The position numbers were made by a program, and so were the translations under genes. From the human T2T-CHM13v2.0 reference genome, Homo sapiens: a DNA stretch of 64,000 nucleotides. The notes beneath the pieces were generated by a model that had not been told where the DNA came from, searched no databases, and saw nothing but the letters and a program-made list of their open reading frames with translations. Positions 15,758 through 33,700 of the stretch are shown in pieces (positions within the stretch are counted from its first letter, which is position 1; each line of letters opens with the position of its first letter). The stretch lies in assembly GCF_009914755.1 (NCBI RefSeq), contig NC_060947.1. One strand, written 5' to 3'.

Positions 15758-16040
15758 TGTGTTGCTGGAAACATCACTGACTCTTCTTCACAATCCATCT
15801 CCCCCTTTTCCTTTTGGCAATAGAATCATCCCTAAGTTAGCTGAGTACACAGGCATTCAGCTAGAGGCTACATTTTCTAGTCTCCCTTGTAGCTAAGTAT
15901 GTCAATGAAACTAAGTTATAACTAAAGGGCTGCAAGTGGACATAGTGTATGCAACTTCTTGTTTATCTTTGTAAAGATGAACCTGCTTTCCACACAATTT
16001 ATCTCACTCCTCCACCTCCATCAGTTTGAAAGAAGAGAAA
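15758..16040 (+). mobile_element. ERVL LTR16-like fragment
   Basis: ctacattttctagtctcccttgtagctaag..actaagtt..tgcaagtgga..gtgtatgcaacttct. Confidence 0.7.
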
Positions 16041-16058
16041 CTAGTTTAAACCATTCTC

Positions 16059-16770
16059 ATGGAGATTTGAGTCCATTTATATTCAGTGTTATTGATAGAT
16101 AAGAACTTACGACTACTATTTTGTTGCTTGTTTTCTGATTGTTTTGCAACTCTTCTTTTTCTTTATTCCTTTCTTATTGTCTTCCCTTGTGGTTCAGTGA
16201 TTTTTTTCTGGTAGTGTGTTTTGATATGCTTTTTACTTTCAGTAAATCTGTTCCAGGTTTTTGCATTGTGGTTACCATTAGGCTTACAAAAAACACCATT
16301 TTACAGTTATAACAAGTTACTTTAAAGAGATGACAACTTATTTTAGATCACAAAGAGAAGAAAGAAAAATGGAATACAAAACTGTCTGCACATTAATGCC
16401 ATTCTCCCTAGATTTTGACATCTAGTCATCTCAATTTACATATTTTATATTACCTATTTCTTACCAGGTTGCTGTAGTTATTATTGGTTTCGATAGATTT
16501 GTATTTTGGGTGCCATACTAGAGTACTGAATAGATTGCTCACCATAATTGCGGTATTATAGTATTCTGGATTTGTCTGTATACTTAATTTTACTAGCAAG
16601 TTTTATACATTCATTTTTTTCATGTTACTGTGTTTTTCTTTCAGATCGGAGAACTCATCAGCATTTGTTGTAAGATGGGTCTAGTGGTGATGAATTGTTT
16701 CAACTTTTGTTTGTCTGGGAAAGTCTTTATTCTACATATTTGTAGGATAAATTTTTTGGATACAGTATTC
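16059..16770 (-). mobile_element. L1M (L1MA-type) fragment: ORF2 start, inter-ORF and ORF1 3' part
   Basis: gtccatttatattcagtgttattg..agcatttgttgtaag..ggtctagtggtgatgaatt..ttgtctgggaaagtctttatt. Confidence 0.8.
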
Positions 16771-17003
16771 TTTTTTTTTGTTGTTGTTGTTGTTTTTTAT
16801 TATACTTTAAGTTTTAGGGTACATGTGCACATTGTGCAGGTTAGTTACATATGTGTACATGTGCCATGCTGGTGCGCTGCACCCACTAACTCGTCATCTA
16901 GCATTAGGTATATCTCCTGATGCTATCCCTGCCCCCTCCCCCCACCCCACAACAGTCCCCAGAGTGTGATATTCCCCTTCCTGTGTCCATGTGATCTCAT
17001 TGT

Positions 17004-20815
<3,812 letters not shown>

Positions 20816-20878
20816 TATGAAGTTAGCTGGTTATTTTGCCTGTTAGTTGATATAGTTTCTTCCTAGCCTTGATGGTCT

Positions 20879-21893
20879 TTATATTTTGGCATGTTTTTGC
20901 AGTGGCTGGTACTGATTGTTCCTTTCCACACTTAGTGCTTCCTTCAGGAACTCTTTTAGGGCAGGCCTGGTGGTGACAGAATCTCTCAGCATTTGCTTGT
21001 CTGTAAAGGATTTTATTTCTCCTTCACTTATGAAGCTTAGTTTGGCTGGATATGAATTTCTTGGTTGAAAATTCTTTTCTTTAAGAATGTGGAATATTAT
21101 CCCCTGCTCTCCTCTAGCTTTTAGAGTTTCTGCCAAGAGATCAGCTGTTAGCCTGATGGGCTTCCCTTTGTGGGTAACCCGACCTTTCTTTCTGGCTGCC
21201 CTTAACATTTTTTTCTTCATTTCAACTTTGGTGAAACTGACAATTATTTGTCTTGTAGTTGCTCTTCTCAAGGAGTATCTTTGTGGACTTCTCTGTATTT
21301 CCTGAACTTGAATGTTGGCCTACTTTGCTAGATTGGGGAAGTTCTCCTGGAAAATATCCTGCAGAGTGTTTTCCAACTTGGTTCCATTCTCCCCATCACT
21401 TTCAGGTACACCAATTAGACATAGATTTGGTCTTTATACATAGTGCCATATTTCTTGGAGGCTTTGTTTGTTTCTTTTTATTCTTTTTTCTCTAAACTTC
21501 TCTTCATGCTTCATTTCATTCATTTCATCTTCCATCACTATACCCTTTCTTCCAGTTGATTTCATCAGGTACTGAGGCTTAGGCATTTGTCATGTAGTTC
21601 TCGTGCTGCAGTTTTCACCTCCGTCAGGTCCTTTAAGGACTTCTCTGCATTGGTTATTCTAGTTACGGAATTGTCTGTTTTTTTTCAAAATGTTTAACTT
21701 CTTTGCCATTGGTTCACACTTCCTCCTTTAGCTCAGAGTGGTTTGATCTTCTGAAGCCTTCCTCTCTCAACTCTTCAAAGTCATTCTCCATCCAGCTTTG
21801 TTCCGTTGCTGGTTAGGAGCTGCTTTCCTTTGGAGGAGGAGAGGCACTCTGATTTTTAGAGTTTCCGGTTTTACTGCTCTGGTTTTTTCCCAT
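20879..21893 (-). pseudogene. disrupted L1 ORF1p
   Basis: ATG at 21893; C-terminal peptide THKGKPIRLTADL..YPAKLSFISEGEIK..YQPLQKHAK; only a 130-aa open segment is listed. Confidence 0.9.
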
Positions 21894-22021
21894 CTTTTTG
21901 GTTTTATCTACCTTTGGTCTTTGATGATGGTGACGTACAGATGGGTTTTTGGTGTGGATGTCTTTTATGTTTGTTAGTTTTCCTTCTAACAGTCAGTACC
22001 CTCAGCTGCAGATCTATTGGA

Positions 22022-22150
22022 GTTTACTGGAGGTCCACTCCAGACCCTGTTTGTCTGGGTATCAGCAGCAGTGGCTGCAGAACAGCGGATATTGGTGAGC
22101 CACAAATACTGCTGCCTGATCGTTCCTCTGGAAGTTTTGTCTCAGAGAAG
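22022..22150 (-). promoter_or_regulatory. retained ~129-bp 5'UTR segment carrying the ZNF93 binding site (lost in late L1PA3, L1PA2 and L1HS)
   Basis: gtttactggaggtccactccagaccctg..gttttgtctcagag lies between ctattgga and tacccggcc, which are nearly adjacent in L1HS. Confidence 0.8.
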
Positions 22151-22919
22151 TACCCGGCCGTGTGAGATGTCAGTCTGCCCCTACTAGGTGGTGCCTCCCA
22201 GTTAGCTACTGGGGAGTCAGAGACCCATTTGAGGAGGCAGTCTGCCTGTTCTCGAATCTCAAGCTGTGTGCTGGGAGAACCGCTACTCTCTTCAAAGCTG
22301 TCAGACAGGGACCTTTAAGTCTGCAGAGGTTATTGCTGTCTTTTGTTTGTCTGTGCCCTACTCCCAGAGGTGGAGCCTACAGAGGCAGGCAGACCTCCTT
22401 GAACTGTGGTGGGCTCCACCCAGTTCAAGCTTCCTGGCCACTTTGTTTACCTACTCAAGCCTGAGCAATGGCAGGTGCCCCTCCCCCAGCCTTGCTGCTG
22501 CCTTACAGTTTGATCTCAGGCTGCTGTGCTAGCAGTGAGTGAGGCTCCGTGGGCATAGGACCCTCCAGGCCATGTGTGGGATATAATCTCCTGGTGTGCC
22601 GTTTGTTAAGTCTGTTGGAAAAGCGCAGTATTAGGGTGGGAGTGACCCAATTTTCCAGGTGCCGTCTGTCACCCCTTTCTTTGACTAAGAAAGGGAATTC
22701 CCTGACCCCTTGCACTTCCCGGGTGAGGTGATGCCTCACCCTGTTTTGGCTCACACACGGTGCACGGCACCCACTGTCCTGCACCCACTGTCCAGCACTC
22801 CCCAGTGAGATGAACCCAGTACCTCAGTTGGAAATGCAGAAATCACCCATCTTATGCAACGCTCATGCTGGGAGCTGTAGACTGGAGCTGTTCTTATTCT
22901 GCCATCTTGGCTCCCTGCC

Positions 22920-24441
22920 TGTTACTTCTCTTTCAAGTTTTTTGAAAGCTTTTATTATGAAGGTATCTTGAATTTTATTAAATGCTTTTTCAACATCAAT
23001 TGAAATAATAATATCATTTTAATTCTTTATCCTGTTGACATGACGTATCACATTGATTGATGTGCATATGTTGAACCACCCTTGCGTCACAGGAATAAAT
23101 CAAACTTGGTCCCAGTGGGTGATCTTTGTGATGTATGGTTGAATTTTGTTTGCTAGTATTTTGCTGAGGATTTCTGCATCAATATTCTTCAGAGACATTG
23201 GCCTGTAGTTCTTTTTTGTAATATGTCTTTCATTTTCTTATCAGGTTAATCCTGAAGTGATAGAATGAGTTTGGAAGCATTCCCTTTTCCTCTATTTTTC
23301 AGAATACTTTCAGTAGAATTGGTGTTAGTTCATCTTTAAGTGTTTGGTAGAATCAGCAATGAAGCCATCAGGTCCCAGGCTTTTCTTTACTGGGAAACTT
23401 ATTACAGCTTCAATCCCATTACTTGTTATTGGCATGTTCAGATTTTGGATTTATTCTTGGTTCAAACTTGGTAGGTTGTATGTATCTAGAAATTTATCCA
23501 TTATTCTTGATTTTGTAATTCTTTGTCATATAGATACTCATAGTAGCTTAGCCACTAAATATCTTTTAAATTTCTCTAATATTAGTTGTTATGTCTCCTT
23601 TTTCATTTCTGATATTATTTATTTGAATCTCCTCTCTTTTTTCTTAGTCTGGCTATAGCTTTGTCAATTTTGTTTAACCTATTAAAAAACCACTTATTGT
23701 TTCATTGCTCTTTGTGTTTTTTTTTAAATTTCAATTTCTTTTATTTCAGCTCTGATTTTTATTATTTCCTTTTTTCTACTATTTTTGGGTTTGGTTTGGT
23801 CTTGCCTTTCCAATTCTTTAAGATGCATCATTAGGTTGTTCATTTGCAGTTTTTCCCCTTTTTTGATGTAGACAGTTATAGCTATAACCTTCCCTCATAG
23901 TACTGCTTTTGTGGTATCCCATAGGTCTGGGTACACTGTGTTTCCATTATTATTTGTTTCGAGAAATTTTTCAAAGTTCTTATAAATTTCTGCATTGACT
24001 TACTGGTCATTTAATAACATATTATATAGTTTCCGTGTATTTGTATAGTTTCCAAAATTCCTCTTGCTATTCATTTCTAGTTTTTTTTTCCATTGTAGTC
24101 ATATAAGGTGCTTGATATTATTTCAATTTTTTGAATATTTTAATTATTAATTTTTAACTAATATATGTTCTATGCTTGAGAATAATTCATGTTCTGAGAA
24201 AAAAACACATGTATTTTGCAGTTCTTAGATAAAATGTTCAAAAAACGTTTATTAGATTAATTTAGTCCATAGTGCAGATTAAGTCTGATGTTTCTTTTTT
24301 GACTTACTGTCTAGAAGATCTGTCCAATGTTGAAAATGAATTGTTGAAGTGTCAGCTTTTGGTGTATTGGGTTTATCTCTAACAGAATTTCCTTTTTACA
24401 TATGGGTGCTCCAGTGTTGGGTGCATATATATTTAAAATTA
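22920..24441 (-). mobile_element. L1MA1-3-type LINE-1, ORF2 part (left half of an interrupted element)
   Basis: diverged ORF2 ending at gggtgctccagtgttgggtgcatatatattt (ILNIYAPNTGAP); continues at about 34915. Confidence 0.85.
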
Positions 24442-24442
24442 C

Positions 24443-27400
24443 TGGGGGGAGTGGCCAAAGTGGCTGACTAGAAGCAGCTAAGGTGAGTGACTCTAACAGA
24501 GAGGAATGAAAGAGGAGAGTAAATACAGCACCTTCAACTGAAACATCCAGATACTCACATTGGGAATAATCAAAGAAACAACTCAACCTGGTGAGAATGG
24601 AGAAAAAGCAAGGAAGGATGATAGCCTGCCTGGAAGCAGCAAGGAGCCAAGAGACTCTCCCACGCCCAGGGAAGCAGTGAGTAAATGTGTGCTCTCCAGA
24701 ACCTATGCTTCTCCCATGAATGTTTGAAATCCTTGGGTCAGGCAGTCCCCTTGTGAACCTACTCCATCAGGGCCTTCAGCCTGACACTCAGAGCTATGTG
24801 GAGTCTTAGCAGAGCAGCCACTCAGGCACATGTGGAGATGTGGAAGCATCAGATACTCTGGTTCTGGGCTTCCCAGCATAACTAATGGCAACTCTGGCAA
24901 AGCAAGAGATTAGACCTCTCTTCATACCCCTATGACAGAGGCTGAACACAGGTGGCTAAGCCACAGTCTCTTGGCCCCACCTCCACAGCACCGCTTAGGA
25001 TATGACCCACTTGCTTGAAATTCCAGCCAGCCACTGGCAGCAGTGTTGTGCCTACCTGGGATAGAGAATCTAGGAGGAGAGGCAGGCCATCATCTTTGCT
25101 GTTTGGGAAACTCAGGTGGATGTTGGAGAGTTCAAACTGACCAGTGGTGGAATGGATTCCCCAGCAGAGCACAGCTGCTCTACCAAATCGTGGCCAGATT
25201 GTTTCTTAAAGTGGGTCCCCCATCTTTTCCTCCTTATAGGGTGGGACCTTCTAGCCTGGTCCTCCAGCCTCCCTGACCAGTGTTCTCTGGCCAACAGAGA
25301 TTTGAATTCTCCCTGAGACAGAGCTCCCAAAGAGAGAAGTTAACAGCCAATATTTGTTGTCTGGGTGACTTAGTCATTTTAGTTTGTGGGCTTTGGAGAG
25401 TCTAGGTCAAATGGGGTAGAAGCAGTACCCCAGCACATTAAGTGGCTCCACAGAAACATGGCCAGACTGCTTGTTTAAGTGGGACCACAATTGCATTCCT
25501 ATTCACTGAGCAGACACTTGCATCTCAGATCTCCAGCCACCTCCTACAGGTGTGTGCAGGCTGGCCACAAGTCCATGCCTCCCTAGGATGGAACTCTCAT
25601 AGGAAGATGCAGGTTGCAGTCTTTGATGTTTCACAGCCTTCACTGGTGATATATCTAGGTACTGAAAAATCCAAGGTGACTAGGAACTGGTGCAGACACC
25701 CAGCAAAGCATAGCAGCCCTACAAAAACATGGCCAGACTAGTTAAAAAAATTTAAAGTTCACCAACCCCAAGAATTGAAGGTAGACAATCCCACAAAACA
25801 AGAAAGAATCAGTGCAAGAACACTGAAAACTCAAATAGCCGGAGTTCCCTCTTTTCTCCAAATAACCACATCACCTCTCCAGCAAGAGTGTGGAAGAAGG
25901 TTGAGGCTGAGATAGCTGAAATGATAGAAGTAGAATTCAGAATATGGATAGGAATGAACATTACTGAGCTAAAGGAGTGCATTGTAACCCAATGCAAGGG
26001 AGCTAAAAGTTATAATAAAACATTGCAGGAGCTGACAGACAAAATAGCCAGTATAAAGAAGAATGTAATGAACCAGAGAGAGCTGAAAAACACACTACGA
26101 GAATTCATAATGCAAACACAAGTATTAATAGCAGAATAGACCAAGTGGAGAAAACAATTTCAGAGCTCAAAAACTGGATTTCTGAAATAAGACAGGTGGA
26201 TAAGAATAGAGAAAAAGAATAAAAAGCAATAAACAAGCTCTTTGAGAAATGCAAGATTATGTAAAGAGACCAAATCTAAAAGTGATTGGTGTACCTCAAA
26301 GAGGTAGGGAGAATGGAACCAAATTGAAAAACATATTTCAGGATATCATCCATAAGAAACTTCCCAACCTAGCGAGAGGTGCCAAGATTCACATTCAGGA
26401 AATTTAGAGAAAATCAGTAAGATAATTCACAAGAGGATCATCTCCAAAACACATAATCATGAGATTCTCCAAGGTCAAAATGAAAGAAAAAATGTTAAAG
26501 GCAGCCAGAGAGAGAGGATGGGTCACCTACAAACAGAAGCCCATTAGACTAACAGTGGACTTCTCAGCAGAAACCTTACAAGCCAGAAGAGATTGGGGGC
26601 CAATATTCAACATACTTAAGAAATTCCAACCCAGAAAATCATATCCAGTCAAACTAAGCTTCATACGTAAAGGAGAAATAAGATCCTTTTCAGACAAAAA
26701 AAAAAAAAAAAAAAAATGCAGAAATTTGGTACCACTAGAACTGCCTTACAAGAGCTTCAGAAGGAAGCACTAAATATGGAAAGAACATTATCAGCCACTA
26801 CAAAAACACACTGAAGTACAGACCGGTGACTCTATAAAGCAATGACATAAGCAAGTCTGCAAAATAACCAGCTAACATCATGATGACATGATCAAATCCA
26901 CACATATCAATAATAACCTCAAACATAAATGGGCTAAATGCACCAATTAAAAGACACAGGGTGGCAAGGTGGATAAAGAATAAAAAACAAATGGTATGCT
27001 GTCTTCAAGAGAACCATTTCACTTGCAATGACACACATAGGCTTAAAATAAAGGTAAAGAGAAAAATCTACCAAGCAAACGGGAAAGAGCAAAAAACAGA
27101 AGTTGCAATCTCAATTGCTGACAAAACAGACTTTAAACCAACAACGTTTTAAAAAAGACAAAGAAGTGCATTACATAATGGTAAAGCCCTCAATTAAACG
27201 AGACAATCTTACTATCCTAAATATATACACACCCAACAAATGAGCACCCAGATTCACAAAGCAAGTTTTTGGAGACCTTCAGAGAGACTTAGACTCCCAC
27301 CCAATAATATTGGGAGACTTTAACACCCCACTGACAATATTAAATATGTCACTGAGACAGAAAATTAATGAAACATTCAGGACATAAACTCAGTACTGAG

Positions 27401-30400
27401 TCAGGTGGACCTGATAGATATCTACAGAACTCTCCACCCTAAACCAACAGAATATACACACTTCTTATCACCATATGACATGTACACTAAAATTGATCAC
27501 ATAATCAGGAGTAAAACACTCCCTATCAAATGCAAAATAACTAAAATTATAACAAACACTATTTTGGATATCAGCACAATCAAATTAGAAATCAAGACTA
27601 AGAAATTCCCTCAAAATCATACAATTATATGGAAATTGCATAATCTGCTCATGTATGACATTTGGGTAAATAATGAAATTAAAGCAGAAATGAAGAAGTT
27701 ATTTGAAACTAATGAGAGCAAAGATACAATATACTAGAATCTCTGGGACACAGGTAATGCAGTATTAAGAGGAAAATTTATAGCATTAAATACCCACATC
27801 AAAAAGTTAGAAATATCTCAAGTTAACAACCTATCATCACAACTAAAAGAACTAAAGAATCAAGAAATCAAATCTCAAAGCCAGCAGAAGACAAAGAAAT
27901 AACCAAAATCAGAGCTGAACTGAAGGAGACAGAGATGTGAAGAAACAACCAAAAGATCAATAAATTCAGGAGCTATTCTGTGAATAAATTAATAAAATAC
28001 ATCATTAGCTAGACCAATGAAAATGAAAAGAGAAAAGATTCAAGTAAATGCAATCAGAAATGCTAAGGCAGATGTTACAACTGACCCCACAGAAATACAA
28101 ACAACCATCAGAAAATATTAAGAACACCTCTATGCATGTAAACTAGAAAATATAGAAGAAATGGATAAATTCCTGGACACATACACCCTCCCAAGAATGA
28201 ATCAGGAAGAAATGGAATTCCTGAACACACAAATAATTAGTTCTTAAATAGAGGTGGTAATAAATAGCCTATGAACCAAGAAAATGCCCAGAACCATAGG
28301 GATTTATAGATGAATTATTCCAGATGTACAAAGAAGAGCTGGTACCATTTCTATTTAAACTATTCCAAAAAAACTGAGGAGAAAGGATTTCTTCCAAGCT
28401 CATTCCATGAGGCCAGCATCACCGTGATACCAAAACCTGGCAGCAGTACAACAAAAATAGAAAACTTCAGGCCAATATCCTTGATGAGCATCAATGCAAA
28501 ACTCCTCAACAAAATACTGGCAAAACAAATCCAGCAGCACATCAAAAAGCTTATCCACCATGATCAAGTAGGCTTTATTCCTGGGATGCAAGGTTGGTTA
28601 ACCTTATGCAAATCAATCAATGTGATTCATCACATAAACCGAACTAAAGACAAAAACCACATGATTATCTCAATAGATATATAAAAGGTTTTTGAAAATT
28701 TTCAACATCCATTCATGTTAAAAACTCCCAATAAACTAGGTATTGAAGAAACATGCCTCAAAATAATAAGAGCCATCTATTACAGACCCACAATCAATGT
28801 TATAATGAATGGGAAAAACTAGAAACATTCCCCTTAAAAAGTGGCACAAGACAAGGATGTCCTCTCTAACCACTTCTATTCAAAATCCTATTGGAATTTC
28901 TGGCCAGGGCAATCAGGTGAGAGAAAGAAGCAAAGACATTCAAATAGAAAGAAAGGAAGTTAAACTATCCCTGTTTGCAGATGACATGATCCTATATCAA
29001 GTAAATTTCATAAACTCAGCCAAAAAGCTTCTTAAGCTGATAAAAAACTTCAGAAAAGTCTTACAATAGAAAATCAATGTGGAAAATTTCTAGCATTCCT
29101 ATACAACAACAATAGTCAAGCCAAGGGCCAAATCAGGAATAAACTCCTATTAACAATTGCTACAATAGGAATAAACTACCTGGGAATACAGGGAACTAGA
29201 GAGGTGAAAGATCTCTACAAGGACAACTACAAATCACTATTCAAAGAAATCAGAGATGACACAAACAAATGGAAAGACATTGCATGTCAATGGATAGGAA
29301 GAATCAATATTAAAATTACCTTACTTGTCAAATCAATATATAGATTTGGTGCTATTCCCAATTAAACTACCATTGAAATTCATCACAGAACTAGAAAAAA
29401 GATTTAAAAATGTATATGGAACCAAAAAAGAGCTCAAATAGCCAAAAATAACAAATCTGGAGGCATCACGCTACCTGACTTCAAACTATACTACTGGGCT
29501 ACAGTAAACAAAGCAGCATCGTGCTGGTAAAAAATAGACACATAGACCAATGAAACAGAATAGGGAACCCAGAAATAAGACTGCATATCTACAAGTATCT
29601 GGACTTCAACAAATCTGACAAAAACAAGCGATGGGGAATGGAATTCCTATTCAATAAGTGATGCTGGGATAACTAGCTAACCATAAGCAGAAGATTGAAA
29701 CTGGACCCCTTCCTTACACCATATACAAAAATTAGCTCAGTGTGGATTACACACTTAAATGTAAAACCCAAAACTATAAAAACTCTGCAGACAACTAGGG
29801 AATATTATTCATGACATATGCATGGGCAAACATTTTATGACAAAGACACAAAAAGCAATGGCAACAAAAGCAAAAATTGACAAATGGAGTCTAATTAAAC
29901 TAAAGAGCTTCTGCACAGAAAAGGAAACTATCAACAGAGTAAGCAGATAACCTACAGAATGAAAGAAAATTTTTGCAAGCTATGCATCTAACAAAGGTCT
30001 AATATACAGCATCCAAAAGGAACTTTAACAAATTTACAAGAAAAAAAACTAACCCAATTAAAAGTGGGCAAAAGACATAAAGACACTTTTCAAAAGAAGA
30101 CATACAAATGGCCAAGAATTATATGTTAAAAAGCTCAACACCACTGATCATTAGAGAAGTGTAAATCAAAACCACAATGAGATACCATCTCATACCAGTA
30201 AGAATGGCTACTATTAAATAAAAAAATGACAGATGCTGGCAAAGTTGAGGAGAAAAAGAAATGCTTATACACTGTTGGTGTGAGCGTAAATTATTTCCAC
30301 CATTGTGGAAGACAGGGAGGATATTTCTCAAAGACTCAAACACAGAAATATTATTTGACCCAGAAATCCCATTACTAGGTATATAACCAAAGGAATATAA

Positions 30401-30795
30401 ATTATTCTATTGCAAAGACACAAGCATATGTATGTTCATTGCAGCACCATGCACAATAGCAAAGACATGGAATCAACCTAATTGCCCATCAATTATAGAA
30501 TGGATAAAAATTGGTAGATATTTACCATGGAATACTATGGAACCATAACAAAGAATGAGATTATGTCCTTTGTAGGGACATGGATGGAGCTGGAAGCCTT
30601 TATCCTTGGCAAACAAAAACAGGAACAGAAAACCAATTACTGCATGTTCTCACTTACAAGTGCAAGCTAAATTATGAGAACACATGGACACATAGAGGGG
30701 AACAACAGACACAGGCTTTTCAGAGGGTGGAGGGTGGGAGGACAGAGAGAATCAAGAAAAACAACTAATGGTTACTAGGCTTAATAGCTGGGTGA
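24443..30795 (+). mobile_element. full-length L1PA13-like LINE-1 (main part)
   Basis: 5' end ggggggagtggccaa..gactagaagcagcta; ORF1 and ORF2 peptides on +; 3'UTR aactaatggttactaggcttaata. Confidence 0.88.
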
Positions 30796-33700
30796 AACCA
30801 ACCAACTATCTCTTGCCTTCAGGAGACTCACCTAACACATAAGGACTCACATAAACTTAAAGTAAAGGGATGGAAAAAGACATTTCATGCAAATGGACAC
30901 CAAAAGTGAGCAGGGTTTGCTGCGCTTATATCAGAAAAAACAAACTTTGGAGCAACAGCAACTAAAAGAGACAAGGAAGGACATTACATAATGGTAAAAA
31001 GCCTTGTTGAACAGGAAAATATCACAATCCTAAACGTATATGCACCTAACACTGGAGCTCCCAAATTTATAAAACAATTACTAATAGACCTAAGGAATGA
31101 GATAGACAGCAACACAATAATAGTGGAGGAATTCAATGCTCCTCTGACATCACTAGACAGATCATTGTGACAGAAAGTCAACAAAGAAACAACAGGTGTA
31201 AAGTATACCCTGGAACAAATGAACTTAAAAGGTGTATACAGAACTTTTCATCCAAAAACTGCAGAATGCACATTCTATTAAATATCACATGGAACTTTCT
31301 CCAAGGTGGACCATATGACAGGTCATAAAATGAGCCTCAATAAATTTAAGAGAATTTAAATTGTATCAAGCACTCTCTCAGACCACCATGGTATAAAGCT
31401 GGAAGTCAACTAGAAAAAGAACCTTAAAAACCATGCAAATACATGGAAATTAAATAACCTGCTCCTGAATGAGCTTTGGGTGAAAAACGAAATCAAGATG
31501 GAAATTAAACATTTCTTTGAACTGAATGACAATAATGACACAATCTACCAAAACCTCTGGGATACAGCAAAGGCAGTTCTAAGAGGAAAGTTCACAGCCC
31601 TAAACATCTACATCAGAAAGTCTGAATGATCACAAACTGATATTCTAAGGTCACACCTCAAGTATCTAGAGAAACAAGAACAAGCCAAACCCAAACCCAG
31701 GAGAAGAAAGGAAATACCCAAGATCAGAGCAGAAATAAATAAAATTGAAACAAAGAAACAAACAAAAAATACAAAAGATAAATGTGATAAAAAGCTGGTT
31801 CTTTGAAAAGGTAAATAAAATTTATAGACCCTTAGCAAGATTAACCAAGAAAAGAAGAGAGAAAATCCAAATAACCTCACTGAGAAACAAAAAAGGAGAT
31901 ATTACAACTGACGCCACTGAAATACAAAAGATCATTCAAGGCTACTATGAACACCTTTATGCATATAAACTAGAAAATCTAGAAGAGATAGATAAATTCA
32001 TGGAAAAATACAACCCTCCTAGCTTAAATCAGGAAGAATTAGATATCCTGAACAGACCAATAACAAGCAGTGAGATTAAAACGGTAATTACAAAATTATC
32101 AACAGAAAAAGAAGTTGAAGACCAGATGAATTCATAGCTGAATTCTACCGGACATTCAAAGAACTGGTACCAAACTTTTTGACACTATTACACAAGATAG
32201 AGAAACAAGGAACTATCCCTAATTCATTCTATGAAGCCAGCATCACCCTAACACCAAAACCAGGAAAGGACATAACCAAAAAAGAAAACTACAGACAGAT
32301 ATCCTTGATGAACATAGATACTAAAATCCTTAACAAAATACTAGCTAACCGAATCCGACAACATATCAAAAAGATAATCCATGATCAAGTGGGCTTCATA
32401 CCAGGCATGCAGGGATGGTTTAACACATGCAAGTCAATAAATGTGATACACCACATAAACAGAATTAAAAACAAAATTCACATGATTATCTCATAAGATG
32501 AAGAAAAAGCATTTGACAAAATTCAACATCTCTTTATGATTAAGACTCTCAGCAAAATTGGCATATAAGGGACATATCTCAATGTAGTAAATGTCATCTT
32601 TGACAAACCCACAGCCAAGATAATACTGAATGGGAAAATGTAGAAAGCATTCCCTCTGAGAACTGGAACAAAAAAAGGATGTCCATTCTCACCACTCAAC
32701 TTCAACATAATACTGGAAGTCTTAGCCAGAGTAATCTGAGAATAGAAAAAAATAAAGGGCATTCAAATTGGTAAATAGAAGTCAAATTGTCACTGTTTAT
32801 TGATAATATGATTGTTTACCTTGAAAATCCTAAAGACTCCTTCAGAAAGCTCCTAGAACTGATAAAAGAATTCAGCAAACTTTTCAGATACAAGGTTCAT
32901 GTACACAAATCAGTAGCTCTTCTATACACCAACAGTGACCAAGTGGAGAATCAAATCAAAAACTCAACCCCTTTCACCATAGCAGCAAAAAAAAAAAAAA
33001 AGGAAAGAAAAAGAAAAGAAAAGAAAACTTAAGATTATACCTAACCAAGAAATCAAAAGAACTCTACAAGGAAAACTACAAAACACTGCAGAAAGAAATC
33101 ATAGATGACACAAACAAATAGAAACACATCCCATGCTCATGGATGGGTAGAATCAATATTGTGAAAATGACCATACTACCAAAAGCAATCTGCAAATTTA
33201 ATGTAATCCCCATAAAAATACCACCCATTATTCTTCACATAATTAGAAAAAAAAACAATACCAAACTTCGTATGGAACCAAAAAAGAGTCCACATAGCCA
33301 AAGGAAGACTAAGCAAAAATGGAACAAATCTGGAGGCATCAAACTACCTGAATTTAAACTATACTATAAAGCCATAGTCACAAAAACAGCATGGTACTTG
33401 TATAAAAATAGGCACATAGAACAATGGAACAGAATAGAGAACCCAGAAATTAACCCAAATATTTACAGCCAACTGATCTCTGAGAAATCAAACAAAAAAC
33501 ATAAAGTGGGGAAAGGACACCCTTTTCAACATAATGCTGAGATAATTGGCTAGTTACATGTAGGAGAATGAAATTGCATCATCATCTCTCAACTTATATA
33601 AAACTCAACTCAAGACGGATTAAGGACTTAAACCTAAGACCTGAAACTATAAAAATTCTAAAAGATAACATTGCAAAAACCCTTCTAGACATTGGCTTAG

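Noticed and set aside
22000-24700. Head-to-head L1 5'UTRs about 1.5 kb apart as a possible bidirectional promoter
   Set aside because: Both are CpG-depleted and old; nothing in the sequence supports activity beyond a residual YY1 core at 22901-22908.
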